Source: Macrostomum lignano (Eukaryota). From it: a stretch of DNA of 64,000 nucleotides. The translations under genes were made by a program, and so were the position numbers. The DNA is taken from NCBI GenBank assembly GCA_002269645.1, contig NIVC01003507.1:30404-94403 (forward strand), written 5' to 3'. A model generated the notes under the pieces. It did not search any database. It was not told where the DNA came from and was given only the letters and a program-made list of their open reading frames with translations. Positions 40,142-52,175 of this stretch are shown piece by piece; within the stretch, counting starts at the first letter, position 1; each line of letters starts with the position of its first letter.

Positions 40142-42316
40142 TTAGGGCCAACACCCCCAAGGCAGAGAGAGTGCACATGCCTGACGATTAGAAACTGGTT
40201 GGTTTGGTTTGGTTTGGTGCTGGTTTGTGGGACAATGTTTCCGAAGGCGTTGCGCCAGGGTGCCCAACAGCCCTCCCGTAATTATTATTATTACAAGCCA
40301 GTGAACCAAGCCTGTGAGCCAGTGGGTCAGGCGCAAAACTGAAAACATCCTACATCTCGCTGAGGCCATTTTTGTTGCGAAAAGCCCGCTGAGTCGCAAT
40401 CCATTCGTTCAAAAGTCAAAACTTCTCGACCTGCTGCTGCCCTCCGGTTGAAAAGTACACCGAGGCCTGGCCTAGCAACAGCAGGCAGCAGCCGACGGCC
40501 ACGCAGCCGCAGTCCAGGCAGCGCTGCCCGCTCTCCCGACTGCCGGCCAGCCGCAGGGCCAACGCGGCCGCCGCCGCTGCGGTGAGCGCGGTTGCCAAAG
40601 GCAACGCCGCCAGGATCCAATAGTAGGCCAGAGCTCGCGCCACCTCCAGGCGGAACAGCTGCTGCTCGTCGTCCACGTCGCCTCCCCATCCTCCGCTTCC
40701 CGTTGCTCCTTCCCCAGCGTCGCCAGGGAGGACTCTGTGTTGACGTCTTGGTCGCTTACGCCTACGCAGGACTCGAACTTTGGTCACTGACCAGCTGCTG
40801 GAGCCGGCCACCAGCAAACTGGCGTTGCTAAGCAACAAGCGGAGTCGTCGGCGACTCCGACGCTGCCGGCCAAGTCGAAGGTCGCAGCGTCGCGTGTCAA
40901 ATGGAAAGCTAGACGATCCGGGCATTACTCGACATTGAGTTCGCAGGGCGGCCCGGAAGCGGAGGGTCACCTCGCCGTTTGGCCGCACCGCGCGGGTTGA
41001 GGCGTGGCGTCTGTGATAGCATGGGGAGGGTTGTCAAAGCCCTTAGCCTTGTCCTGCTCGACTCTCATTGAGTGGCATTGTCTGTTTTCAGACACCTGCT
41101 TCCTGACACCTGCTTCCCGATACCTGCTTCCCGATACCTGCTTCCCGATACCTGCTTCCCGATACCTGCTTCCCGATACCTGCTTCCCGATACCTGCTTC
41201 CCGATACCTGCTTCCCGATACCTGCTTCCCGATACCTGCTTCCCGATACCTGCTTCCCGATACCTGCTTCCCGATACCTGCTTCCCGATACCTGCTTCCC
41301 GATACCTGCTTCCCGATACCTGCTTCCCGATACCTGCTTCCCGATACCTGCTTCCCGATACCTGCTTCCCGATACCTGCTTCCCGATACCTGCTTCCCGA
41401 TACCTGCTTCCCGATACCTGCTTCCCGATACCTGCTTCCCGATACCTGCTTCCCGATACCTGCTTCCCGATACCTGCTTCCCGATACCTGCTTCCCGATA
41501 CCTGCTTCCCGATACCTGCTTCCCGATACCTGCTTCCCGATACCTGCTTCCCGATATCTGCTTCCCGATACCTGCTTCCCGATACCTGCTTCCCGATACC
41601 TGCTTCCCGATACCTGCTTCCCGATACCTGCTTCCCGATACCTGCTTCCCGATACCTGCTTCCCGATACCTGCTTCCCGATACCTGCTTCCCGATACCTG
41701 CTTCCCGATACCTGCTTCCCGATACCTGCTTCCCGATACCTGCTTCCCGATACCTGCTTCCCGATACCTGCTTCCCGATACCTGCTTCCCGATACCTGCT
41801 TCCTGATACTCGAATCCCCCCAGCTTGACACCCGATTTCCAGTGTCTAGCGCCCAAAATCCCTCAGCAGCTCACTGACTCCAGATGTCCGCAATGCTGGC
41901 ATTATTAGTGGCACTGAGACCGCTTTCAACGCCTATCTCAGGCGCCCAGTCGATGTTCGCAGACTCTGTCTTGTTCTTCCTGGCCGCTGCAACCGATTTA
42001 GTGTCATTCCAGGCTAGAAGGAAGCTGCCCGACCACTGCAGGACGCCGCCGCGGCTGCCGGCGCTCCCGGTGCCCCGGTCGCTCAGCCCGATGATGGCCA
42101 CCCCAGTGAGGCTTAGGCGTACTTCACGAACTTGATTCCCGGGGATCGTTAAGTTCATCGTGCTCCCGCTACTGCTGGCATCCAGTGCGCTGTCCAGCAG
42201 AGCTGCTAGCTGCTGTTCGACCGCCGGCCTCCGGCAGCTGTCCGACGTTGATGCGGATGGAAGCGGCGATCCGGCGGTCAGAAGCAGCAGCACCAGAAGA
42301 GGACTTCGGTGAGGTG
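40142..42316 (-). CDS. Divergent Cys-loop ligand-gated ion channel subunit; exons ~42316-41875 and 41010-~40430, TM3-like segment ~40338-40142; start and 3' exons unresolved
   Basis: Signal-like LLVLLLLTAG, LLAWND, DWAPEI, VRPNGEV, C..FPFD..C loop, RLEVAR..YYW..P pre-M1/M1. A phase-2 GT-AG intron spans 41874-41011. Confidence 0.72.
41093..41810. repeat. 14-bp minisatellite (cctgcttcccgata), highly homogeneous
   Basis: About 50 copies inside the channel gene intron. Confidence 0.97.
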
Positions 42317-42977
42317 CTGGGGAATGGTGTGAGAAAATTGAGGTAAACGTTTTTGCGAAAATGCACTGATGATACGTATTTTGTACGGTAAATGCCATTG
42401 TAGGTGAGTGCGCTGGCGCCCCTGGTGCTGGCGCCCCTGGTGCTGGCGCCCCTGGTGCTGGCGCCCCTGCTGCTGGCGCCCCTGCTGCTACAGCAGGACA
42501 ATGGTAGTGTAATCGAGCCCATCCATGATAATCCACGACCAAGAGTTATCCAACCGCATTTCTACAAGAGTAAACGACAAGACATACTAATAAAGTGATT
42601 ATTATTTTACTTACAAAACTCGTAGGCCATAAGCTAATTACGTCAATACTTATTCAGGCAATTGTAATTGTTGCTTTTAGTCGCTGGCGATTGAGTCCGG
42701 TGCTGCTGCTCTTCCAAACAGCCAGCGCTGCAACTTTTGTAAATATCTGTATAGCTGTCGGAAAGTCGGAAATGTTGAGTCAACATGCCCGAGTCCAATA
42801 ATAAGTTTGAGAACGAAGCGCATGCTCAGCGCAGACCTATAGGAGTCTCTTTGTGTATTGATTAATTTTTTTCTCCAACTTTGCCCAGGGGTTGACCCAG
42901 ACAACTGAGTTGGCTGGCAGAACTTAAGCAAAAATTCTGTTCATGGAGCGCTAAAAACTGTTTATGCAATGTTTTCT

Positions 42978-43312
42978 GTTTCCTGACACCTGCTTCCCGA
43001 TATTCTATGCTTCCCGAAACATGCTTCCCGATACCTGCTTCCCGATACCTGCTTCCCGATACCTGCTTCCCGATACTTGCTTCCCGAAACCTGCTTCCCG
43101 AAACCTGCTTCCCGAAACCTGCTTCCCGATACCTGCTTCCCGATACCTGCTTCCCGATACCTGCTTCCCGATACCTGCTTGCCGATACCTGCCTACCGAT
43201 CATACTTGATGTTTCCCGATACCTGCCTAACCGATACTTGATGTTTCCCGATACCTGCCTAACCGATACTTCATGCTTCCCCATACCTGCCTACCGATAC
43301 TTCATGCTTCCC
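42978..43312. repeat. Degenerate array of the same 14-bp minisatellite
   Basis: Same unit and same leading cctgacacctgcttcccgata as the array at 41093. Confidence 0.9.
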
Positions 43313-44084
43313 CAAGTCCTCATTTTAATTTCGTTATTTTTCGAGTCCTTTAAATCCCTAAATTTTTGTTATTCAAACTTTCATTTCCAGTTATATTTAG
43401 CTAAGAACTCCATGGTCGAAGTATATTAGAATTTCAACTCTCTAGTTAACTACTCTATACAATGCATAGAGAGGCCAGCTGTCGAAACTGCAACCCACTT
43501 GGCAATGCAATGTGCACGAGGGACAGAGCAGTGCTTGCACAAACCCCAGCAAGGGTTCCTTCATATTGCAGTGGAATTTTCCTTAACTTTCCAAAACCAT
43601 AACTGCAAAAGATTTCCACTGCTCGATCACATTTTTGGATTGCATAAATTTTATGTAGGTACCTTAAAATAACCATGTAGTTTAATGAAATAGACAGTAC
43701 ATGAAGCACTTTATTTAGGAGCAATCACCAACGGTGGGGTTTGGTGGGCAACTGACCTCCCATCACTTTGACCTCCCTCTGGATGACTCATTGATTCTTT
43801 GCGCCAAATCAGTGAAATCACATTATGGACTTTTAATATGCATAAAACTTATGCATAAAATTTTGTGTCTTGTAAGAGGTTTGTTGATTTGAAAATGAGT
43901 GTCTGCGGAGCCAAAATGAGTGCCTGCAGCCGCTAAAAGCAAATAGCAATAATTCCTAAAAATCTTTTGTTTTGGATTCTTTATTCTATCCACCTTCCCA
44001 TTGTAAAAGCCATGGTTGGTATAATGCTGTTCGCAAGTTTGCCCGGCAAACTTCATACATAAGCTCAGGTCGTCATCAGAAAGA

Positions 44085-44172
44085 GGTCCTCACCGCCCTC
44101 AGTTTGCTCAGTATGGCGCCCCTCTAGTGTTTATTGTGGCGCCCCCACTCTTATGGTTAAAATCCGGCCCTC
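44085..44172. mobile_element. Short relative of the 27961-29495 hAT-like element with only ~2 internal repeat units
   Basis: Shares caccgcc.tcagtttg.tcagtatggcgcccctc..agtgt...cccccactc.tatggttaa.atcc. Confidence 0.6.
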
Positions 44173-44954
44173 ATTTTCATATTTCTGAATCCACCTCTGT
44201 GTATAAGTGGATTTGTTACAATCAAAATTGAAAAACCTGACATCAAATGGCCTTACGAATGTTCAGAGGGTTGTAGCTATACTGACGAATAAATAAAATA
44301 AAATCCCAACACCAAGCCATTAAACTGTAAACATCTTCATCGAAAACGAAGTACAAGCTCGTAGGACAGGGAGCTCAGGCCTCGCCCTCCAGCTAGTCTT
44401 GATGCACGAGGGGGCCCTGATGCACGGACACGGAGCTTTTAGATTTAAAATCTGGATCTGGAAGGCTAACATTTATAAAAGCATCGATTTTTGCAAATTT
44501 CTCTAGGATGTTAATTTCCAAATCTATTTTTATAGTAGGACATGTTGTTCTTACAAAAAAATAATATGTGGTAATCTGATTAGTAATTAAGTACCCAGAG
44601 ACAATTGAGACCTGAATCGGACAGTTGTAATAACACAAAGATTTCTCAAGTAACAATAGGGCATTAAAGCACCAACGGCTGGCAGTGCAGCAAGGCTAAA
44701 TCCAACTAGAATGTCAGTTTCAAGGTCATGTACTCCAAGTGCCGCTCCAAATTCTGAGTCTAGAACACCATGGCGCCGTGGGCGAAGGTGTCTCGAATTG
44801 CAGTCACCCGCAGATTTGCCGGGAGTCCCGGAACTGATGAGGGCTTGACTTCGTCTTCGAAGGGGTATTTAGCTCGTAATGTATTAATTCATTTTTTTAT
44901 TGAGCTCTCAGAACATTCGAACCTGTCTTTGCCTCTTCGCGATCGCCGCTCATC

Positions 44955-45977
44955 ATGCTGTCTTCTTCTTTTGCACTGCAGTTGCTTCTCAGCATCGTTT
45001 TTGGCGTCATCCTGGTCCTGGGAGCGATCGGAAACTCGGTCGCTCTCATTGTTGCGGTGATTCAGAAAACTCCAAACAATGTGGTCAACATCTACCTGGC
45101 TAACCTGGCTGTTGCCGACCTGCTTCACCTTGTCTCAATTGTGCCGCTCATCCTGGCAACGGGAAGTGGATGGCAATGGGGAAGAGGCCTGTGCCAGATC
45201 AACTACACGGTCAAATATACCAGCTTTACTGTCATCGCCTTCACCATCACCGCAATGGGATTCGACTGCTACGTCGACATGGTGAGGCCTGAACTTTACA
45301 GACTGCGCAGTCCCCGATTTGTGTGGGGCCTCATGCTGGGCCTGTGGATCCTGAGCACCTCAGTTATGAGTTGTATTGGCGCCTATGCCACAGTCAGCCC
45401 ATCGACCGGAAACGGAAGTGCTATCATTGACTACTGCGGCCACTTCTTGGACAATTACAACAGTGATACGGCAGACCAACCCTCGTCGAGCTTCGGTTTA
45501 AAAATCGGTGCTATCTGCATCTGGCTTGTCCTGCCGTTGGTTCTTTTCTTGGGTTTCTACCGCTGCATCCGGCGCAACACGGACGCTCAGGCGCCTGGCG
45601 CAGCGTCGCGTTTTAAACGCGTCCTGCTCCCAGTGATCGTTTTGGCTGCGAGCCACTCAGTCTGCACCCTGCCGCAGTGGCTCTCTATGTTGCTGAGTTG
45701 TTGGAAACTCATCCCCGAGCACGTGTCTGATTCCTTAACTCGCTTCTCGGCGCTACTTGTCTACCTGAACAGCGCCTGCAGCACAGTGCTCTACGCCTGG
45801 CTCAACCCGTCGCTTCGTCGAGGCCTGCGTCGCATCTTCGTCTGCCCCTGCCGCTGGCAAAATGACCGACCAGCCGCGGCGGAGTACTCTGAAAGTCGCG
45901 TAGCTGACGACGAAACCGAGGAGGCCATTGCTCTTCGCACGCTTAGCAACCAGCTTGTGGACGAAATGTTCGGCTGA
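44955..45977 (+). CDS. Class A (rhodopsin-like) GPCR, peptide-receptor-like, 340 aa; possible extra upstream exon 44770-44864
   Basis: Seven hydrophobic helices, GN in TM1, NLAVADL in TM2, W-WG..LC, DCY, TM7 tyrosine. A phase-2 donor (44865) and acceptor (44911) could add an N-terminus. Confidence 0.9.
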   Translation: MLSSSFALQLLLSIVFGVILVLGAIGNSVALIVAVIQKTPNNVVNIYLANLAVADLLHLVSIVPLILATGSGWQWGRGLCQINYTVKYTSFTVIAFTITAMGFDCYVDMVRPELYRLRSPRFVWGLMLGLWILSTSVMSCIGAYATVSPSTGNGSAIIDYCGHFLDNYNSDTADQPSSSFGLKIGAICIWLVLPLVLFLGFYRCIRRNTDAQAPGAASRFKRVLLPVIVLAASHSVCTLPQWLSMLLSCWKLIPEHVSDSLTRFSALLVYLNSACSTVLYAWLNPSLRRGLRRIFVCPCRWQNDRPAAAEYSESRVADDETEEAIALRTLSNQLVDEMFG

Positions 45978-46620
45978 TTGTGGTCAGAAGAACGCGGCTT
46001 GAAAAGTTGATTCGGGTAGATACGATCGTAGTTTCTAAACACAAAGTGTATTGGCCTTTGAAATCTTTGCATCATTAATACCAATAGAAATACTGGTAAG
46101 CAATAGCAACAGCTGAAACTATTCAATATTTATATCATAATTGCTGTTACATGTAGCATAGTACTGTGTGAGAATTTACCGCACACAGTCTTGCTGAGCC
46201 AGCCTCCCAGATCTTCAGTTGCTAGGCCAGCCTCCCAGATCCTCAGTTGCTAGGCCAACCTCCAAAACAGAGAGAAGATTTTCCAACGTGAATGGTTAAA
46301 ATTTACATCATTAAAATCGATGGTTGTCTAAAACCATACTCGTAGAAATATTTTCTCTAGATTGAACTTTTGTTTATTCGTTGTGATACAGCTTTAAGTA
46401 TCAAGACGTACCGTTTGCGTACTTTTTAATAGATCTTGGTATAAAATGCAATTTCGAAAAAGAAACTAAAACAAAAATTATGTACTCTGTTATATGCTAT
46501 TTAATTGTGATCCATTTTTACGAACTTCAGAAGTACATGTAAGCGATTGATTGCTAATTTATCCAAATAGCTACAGACCCAAGCATCATTTATATATATT
46601 ATAAATGTATATTATAAATG

Positions 46621-46654
<34 letters not shown>

Positions 46655-48084
46655 TATATATATAGCATTAGAAGATTAAAGATTGTAATTTGTCTGTTGT
46701 GTCAAGCTGTGTAAAACCAGTTGCAGTTGTAGAGCTTTATCATGCAATAACCCACTCCCGTGCATACGTGTATTTCTACTTATCTTACATGTTTTAGGCT
46801 GTGTCCGCTACGAAATACTGTATAGAAAAGGTAAAAAAGGTCGATAAATTAAAATGTACGAATACAACTGCTATGCGTACGACATACCCAGTATTTCCTT
46901 GATACTTTACGTAAAGTAAATTGTAAGCATAGCAGTATTTTTTCGTAATTAAAAACTTTCTTTTCTATCTGCTTCTTTATGTACTTTTATTTTCCATCAA
47001 TATTTTTTTCAGTTTTTGCTTCTTACTGCGCATTCAATCAATTCTTGTTTAAATCGTACAAACTCAAAATCGCACATTCAAAATAGGTTTTGCTCTTTAA
47101 GCTGTCGTCTTCTTAAGCAGAATAGATTGAACGTATAAACAAATTATATGAAACTTTTATTTGATACTCTACTAACAGTAGAACTACTAGGGAAATACAT
47201 TACCAATAAAATCAATTAAAATACGGTCATAAGAATAAAACCATTTCTACTGTCAGTAAAATATTTATAATTTTTATAATATAATATTTCTTAGTCACAA
47301 TAATACACGTTGTAAGTTCTCATTTCAAAACTTTTACTTTTCCTATTGTTCCTACAGATTATAATGTACCTGAACTTCGTAAGAATTGTTAAAACAAGAA
47401 TCGGTGGAAAAGTTAACAGGAAAGTTTTAAGAAACTCAAAAAAACTACGACCTACATGTTAATTAAAAAGTGATCAATTTACACATACCAGTAGATATTT
47501 TTTATCAGATATAGCAACCTGTTTACTGTGGCAATTTTTTGTTTAAAGCATCCAATACGCTGGAAACAATGATGATGCCTCCTCATAGCAGCATTAGCAC
47601 TAGCGTTAGCGTTGTTAGCATTGCCAGAACGATTGACATCAGCTCACTACTGTTACAGACTTGTTTCCTCCTTCTTCTGCTGACCTCTAGATGTCACCAA
47701 TTATCACAGACGTACTCGTTCTAACTGCAATTCCACCTTAAAGCTACTGAGCCCTTTCACAGACTTTCTGGTTCCTGTCCCTAAGCTGTCTACTTCTAGT
47801 AGTATTGGCTGCCTCTGAACTATGACCTTTCTCTAATTTCACACGATTTCTTGGAAACCTTGTGATAGCGTGTAGTGCCCGAGCGGTAAGACACTGTCTA
47901 ATTTCCTAATTTTAGTCCGAAAGTCTAGCGTTTTCCGAGGATCAAGGGTGTCCAGCAGTAGCTAATTCACTCCTCTAATGCCTAATTTCCTAGCGCCTAA
48001 TACCTATTATTAGCCAGTACGGCTTCCTTAGAGTCTGCACGACCTTAAATCTCTCCTTAATTTTAGACCCTTGTCTTGGGTCTC

Positions 48085-48385
48085 CCCGACCTCTGGTTTC
48101 TCCCTATTCAGATCCTTAGTTCTGGGTCTCCATGACCTCTGATTTCTCCCTATTCAGATCCTTAGTTCTGGGTCTCCATGACCTCTGATTTCTCCCTATT
48201 CAGATCCTTAGTTCTGGGTCTCCATGACCTCTGATTTCTCCCTATTCAGATCCTTAGTTCTGGGTCTCCACGACCTCTGGTTTCTCCCTATTCAGATCCT
48301 TAGTTCTGGGTCTCCATGACCTCTGATTTCTCCCTATTCAGATCCTTAGTTCTGGGTCTCCACGACCTCTGGTTTCTCCCTATTC
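48085..48385. repeat. 46-bp minisatellite (ctccctattcagatccttagttctgggtctccatgacctctgattt)
   Basis: About 6 copies. Confidence 0.9.
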
Positions 48386-48420
48386 CTACAAAGAACTAAG
48401 ACTCGAAAGTTTCAACTTAC

Positions 48421-48675
48421 GTTTTGGTTTGGATGGCAAAAACGCTCCTTCTCCGGTTGAGAGCGAGCTCGCGAAAATTCGCGGAAGAGCGAGTCACTTT
48501 TATTTTTGGTAAATTGTTCCGTTTATATAGAGGATAAAACTTAATTTGATTGGATGAAATTAATTATAACAAAAATAGCTTACGAAATTATAACAAAATA
48601 TTAAACTCCATTGGCTGAAGTTAGTTAAAACAAAATAATTAAGGGATTTAAACAAGGAAATTTACTGATTGGCTG
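48421..48675 (-). promoter_or_regulatory. Putative Pol II promoter (3 CCAAT boxes + TATA) and short non-coding first exon
   Basis: Minus-strand CCAAT at ~48551, 48612 and 48670, TATATAAA at 48529-48522, GTAAGT donor at 48420. Confidence 0.4.
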
Positions 48676-48943
48676 AGTAAAAATAGCTCATTAAACCCGC
48701 TTAAAACTACTATTAGTAAGAATAAAAGATCGACCCTATTACACTACGCTGCAAATGACGCAAGTTTTTTTTCAACACTTTTTTCAACAATGCAACAATG
48801 TTTCTGAGTATAGAAAAATGAATTGGAACGTGTATAGAATGAAAAATAAGTGTCTCAATCCGTAAGAACGTAACGTACCACAAGATACTGCACGATACAA
48901 GCATTCACATGTACCATATTGTACATAAATGTATAAGATGCGT

Positions 48944-49248
48944 CAGGGGCGTTGCCATGGATTTTATGGTGGGGGTCAAACCCAAAAATTCTACATGTAC
49001 ATGACTTTCAGAATCGGCGTTGTCAGCGCTCTTTTTGGCGCCGCAGACACTTATTTTTGCGCCGCAGACACTCATTTTGGCGCCGCAGGCACTCATTTGG
49101 CGCTGCAGACACTCATTTTAGCGCCGCAGGCACTAATATTGGCGCCGCAGTCGCTATGTTTTGTCGCCCTGAAGTGGCATGTCTCCCCATTGCTTTTACT
49201 GGGGGGGGGGGACATGCCCCCTCTGTGTCCTCGGTGACGACGCTCCTG
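48944..49248. mobile_element. hAT-like MITE with internal ~21-bp repeats
   Basis: TIR caggggcgttgcca versus caggagcgtcgtca (11/14); weak TSD agatgcgt / agatatac; related fragment at ~43905-43940. Confidence 0.55.
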
Positions 49249-50026
49249 AGATATACTTCTTAATACATTTTCATATTGTTCATTAAAGTTCCGGAACTAT
49301 AGATTTCCAAGAGGTGGCTTAAAAAAGTTATGCAACGTATAAATTTTCATCAACAAAAATCATACTCAACAACATTAAAAAGTCGCCAGCTTTAGGAGAG
49401 TGCGAAGTAAATTCCAGCTCAGCATTGTCTTTTAAGTGACGCAACTTGCGCCACGCGACGCAGAGTTGGGCTGTATGGGTGAGGAGGGATTGGGAAGAGC
49501 GGAGGGCGAAGATTGGACGGATCGAAGCTTCCGCCCGGTTTTCATTGTTTTTTTCAAGCATTTTTAAATATCAGAATGGTTGGCCAGGTGAAAGACTGGT
49601 CGAAAGCTAGTCGAAAGACTCTGCTTACTGGGGCAAAGGGTGGCGACTTTCAATGTTGCTGAGTACATATTCTGGTTCTGGAATCGAGCCATGAAACCCT
49701 CATAGTTTATCATGCGCTCCTATGTACATTTAATTTAGGGTTGCGCAACTGTGTCATAAGTAACAATTTTAATTAGTTAGTACATTGCTACTCTAAGCTA
49801 AGCCAATGTTATATGTACTCTTGACCATGAGAGTATACCGTCGCGATCTGATTGGTTGGAAGAATTGAAGATTTCAATCTGAAACTGTGCGCAAGTGCGA
49901 TGCCTCTCGATCCAGTCTTGGCTAGTTAATAAAACCTGACTACACTCAAAGTGAAATGAAGAACCCATTAGAAATCGTGTCAGAAATTATATTCTCTAGT
50001 TACGAGTATTTAAATCATTCAAAATC

Positions 50027-50686
50027 ATGACAACAATCTCGGAGCGGAGTGCTTTGTGGTGCATAGTTGGAGTCGTATTATTAGGCGCCGCACAGATTGT
50101 TCACTGCAATAGAAACTATTATAGCGATGGTTACAGCGGCAGCAGATACGGCGATGGACAAGGCGGCTACGGCGGTGGATGGGATGACTACTATGGTGGT
50201 GGACGGAGTGACTACAGCGGTGGTCGGAGTGACTACAGCGGTGGACGAAGTGGCTACAGCGGTGGACGGAGTGACTACAGCGGTGGACGGAGTGACTACA
50301 GCGGTGGACGAAGTGACTACAGCGGTGGACAGAGTGACTACAACGGTGGACAGAGTGACTACAGCGGTGGTCGGAGTGACTACAACGGTGGTCGGAGTGA
50401 CTACAGCGGTGGTCGGAGTGACTACAGCGATGGACGGAGTGACTACAGCGGTGGACGGAGTGACTACAGCGATGGACGGAGTGACTACAGCGGTGGACGG
50501 AGTGACTACAGTGGTAGACGGAGTGGCTACAGCGGTAGACGAAGTGGCTACAGCGGTGGACGGAGGGTCGGTGAAGAAAGCTACTCTGGAAACGACGCTT
50601 CTTCATCAGGAAACAACGGTGGCGGCTATAAGTTTAAGCCCAATAGCATTTTCCACTATGCCGGAAAGAATACTGGAAAGTATTGA
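50027..50686 (+). CDS. Secreted Gly/Ser/Tyr/Arg-rich repeat protein (17 x GGRSDYS-type), 219 aa
   Basis: Signal-peptide-like N-terminus, unique flanks in frame with the repeat, silent-site variation between units, AATAAA at 50812. Confidence 0.75.
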   Translation: MTTISERSALWCIVGVVLLGAAQIVHCNRNYYSDGYSGSRYGDGQGGYGGGWDDYYGGGRSDYSGGRSDYSGGRSGYSGGRSDYSGGRSDYSGGRSDYSGGQSDYNGGQSDYSGGRSDYNGGRSDYSGGRSDYSDGRSDYSGGRSDYSDGRSDYSGGRSDYSGRRSGYSGRRSGYSGGRRVGEESYSGNDASSSGNNGGGYKFKPNSIFHYAGKNTGKY

Positions 50687-51066
50687 ACTGCAATGCAGTT
50701 CGTTTTGGAGAGTCGTTAAAAAACCAAATCTGCACTGAAGCAACTTGATACTGCACTGTGTTAAGTCGGTTGTCTCTCTTAAATTAATTGTCAAGGCACT
50801 ACCTAGAAAGAAATAAAACGTTTTGAGTTACCGCAATGTTGTGGTCTGTGTTTCACTTTCTCGAAGATGCTCAGAATATTTAAAATTGATGTAAATTCTG
50901 TTCAATTCACTATGATTTTAAGGTTAAGGATTAGCTTAGTTGCAAGAATACGAAATCTAGTATTGTCTTTTTTGCAATGCGACTATTTGATGCGACTATT
51001 TGATGCATTTTTGCAAACAATTTTATATTCTAATGAGAATTGCTGAAAAGGTTTGAGGTTTTAGGC

Positions 51067-51120
51067 CAGGGGTCGGCAAAATCTGGCCCGCGAAGTCTTA
51101 TTATCCGGCCCTCTTGTCCT
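51067..51120 (+). mobile_element. hAT (Charlie-like) left-end fragment
   Basis: CAGGGGTCGGCAAA...GGCCCGCG terminal motif; no right end found. Confidence 0.4.
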
Positions 51121-52175
51121 TTTGAAAGTTCACGATAGCCTGCTCTAGGCTTTTGTCTCTTCTCAGCTCTCCTCTCTCCCCACAAGTCTTCTCTTTAATT
51201 TTTTCTGTCCTTTCTTCTCTCATCCCATCCATCCTCTTATCTCATCGCTCTTCTCTACGCTACCCTCATAAAAGATTGCGCAACACTCCCGCTTGCCAGA
51301 AGGCCTAGTCCTAAGCTGAACTCTCTATTAGGACTAATAGGACAGACTTAATTTGAGGCCCAGCAGTCTTCAGTTAGGACACCTAACACGACTTTACTCT
51401 TGACTCGTACTTTTATGGCTCCGGCTCCTGATGCTCCAATATACTGTACAGTGTACACTCTCCAACGTGTGATTGAGTTCACACAATCACACCACGGCCC
51501 ACGCGGTTCTTGTCTCAATTGTGGGGTGACTCGTCAACTAACTAAGCGATAAACTTGTTAAATTTGGTAGGTGGGGTGCCTGAGCTGAGCCTGCAACGCG
51601 CCTGGGCGCGCGTCAGAAAGCAAGTTACTCAGAACTCAGAACTCGGTACAACTCACTGTCTGCCAGCAAGTCTGCCAGAACTGTTTAGCGGTTTAGAAAT
51701 TCAGCGCTCGACACTGGGCCAGCCCATGGACTCCTAGATTCTACTTCCGAGATCTTGTAAATAAAGTCGTCCATGGCTAGTGGAACTTCGCTATACGTGC
51801 GTTGGAGCTTTTGTTTTAGCTTCTGGGCTGAATGTACGAGTACACACACCTATGTGCCTCCAAGCCCCAAACCTTTCTAATCCTCCGCACGCCCGCCGTC
51901 CCAACAACCCCTTGCCTTGGAGGTTTGAGTGGTGGGGTGTCCGCACATTCACCCAACCCCCCGCCCCTCTATCAGACAGACTACTACAGCCGCTATTTCA
52001 TTCGAAGTTTCAACCGTTTCTGTTAGCCACAGACCACAGTGAAACCGATATAATGGCAGCTTGGCACTAGTGTGTAGTCTGAATGCTGCATGCTATTTAC
52101 TGTTTTTTTTCAGTTAAACTAGCGCTAGTGATACAATTAATAGTAGAAATTTACTCTACAGTCTAAATATTAAGC

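Noticed and set aside
47865-47900. tRNA A-box-like gtagtgcccgagcggtaag
   Set aside because: No B box or cloverleaf follows.
51440-52070. Possible LTR- or DIRS-like segment upstream of the ANK-caspase
   Set aside because: No TSD, paired repeat or coding remnant could be identified.
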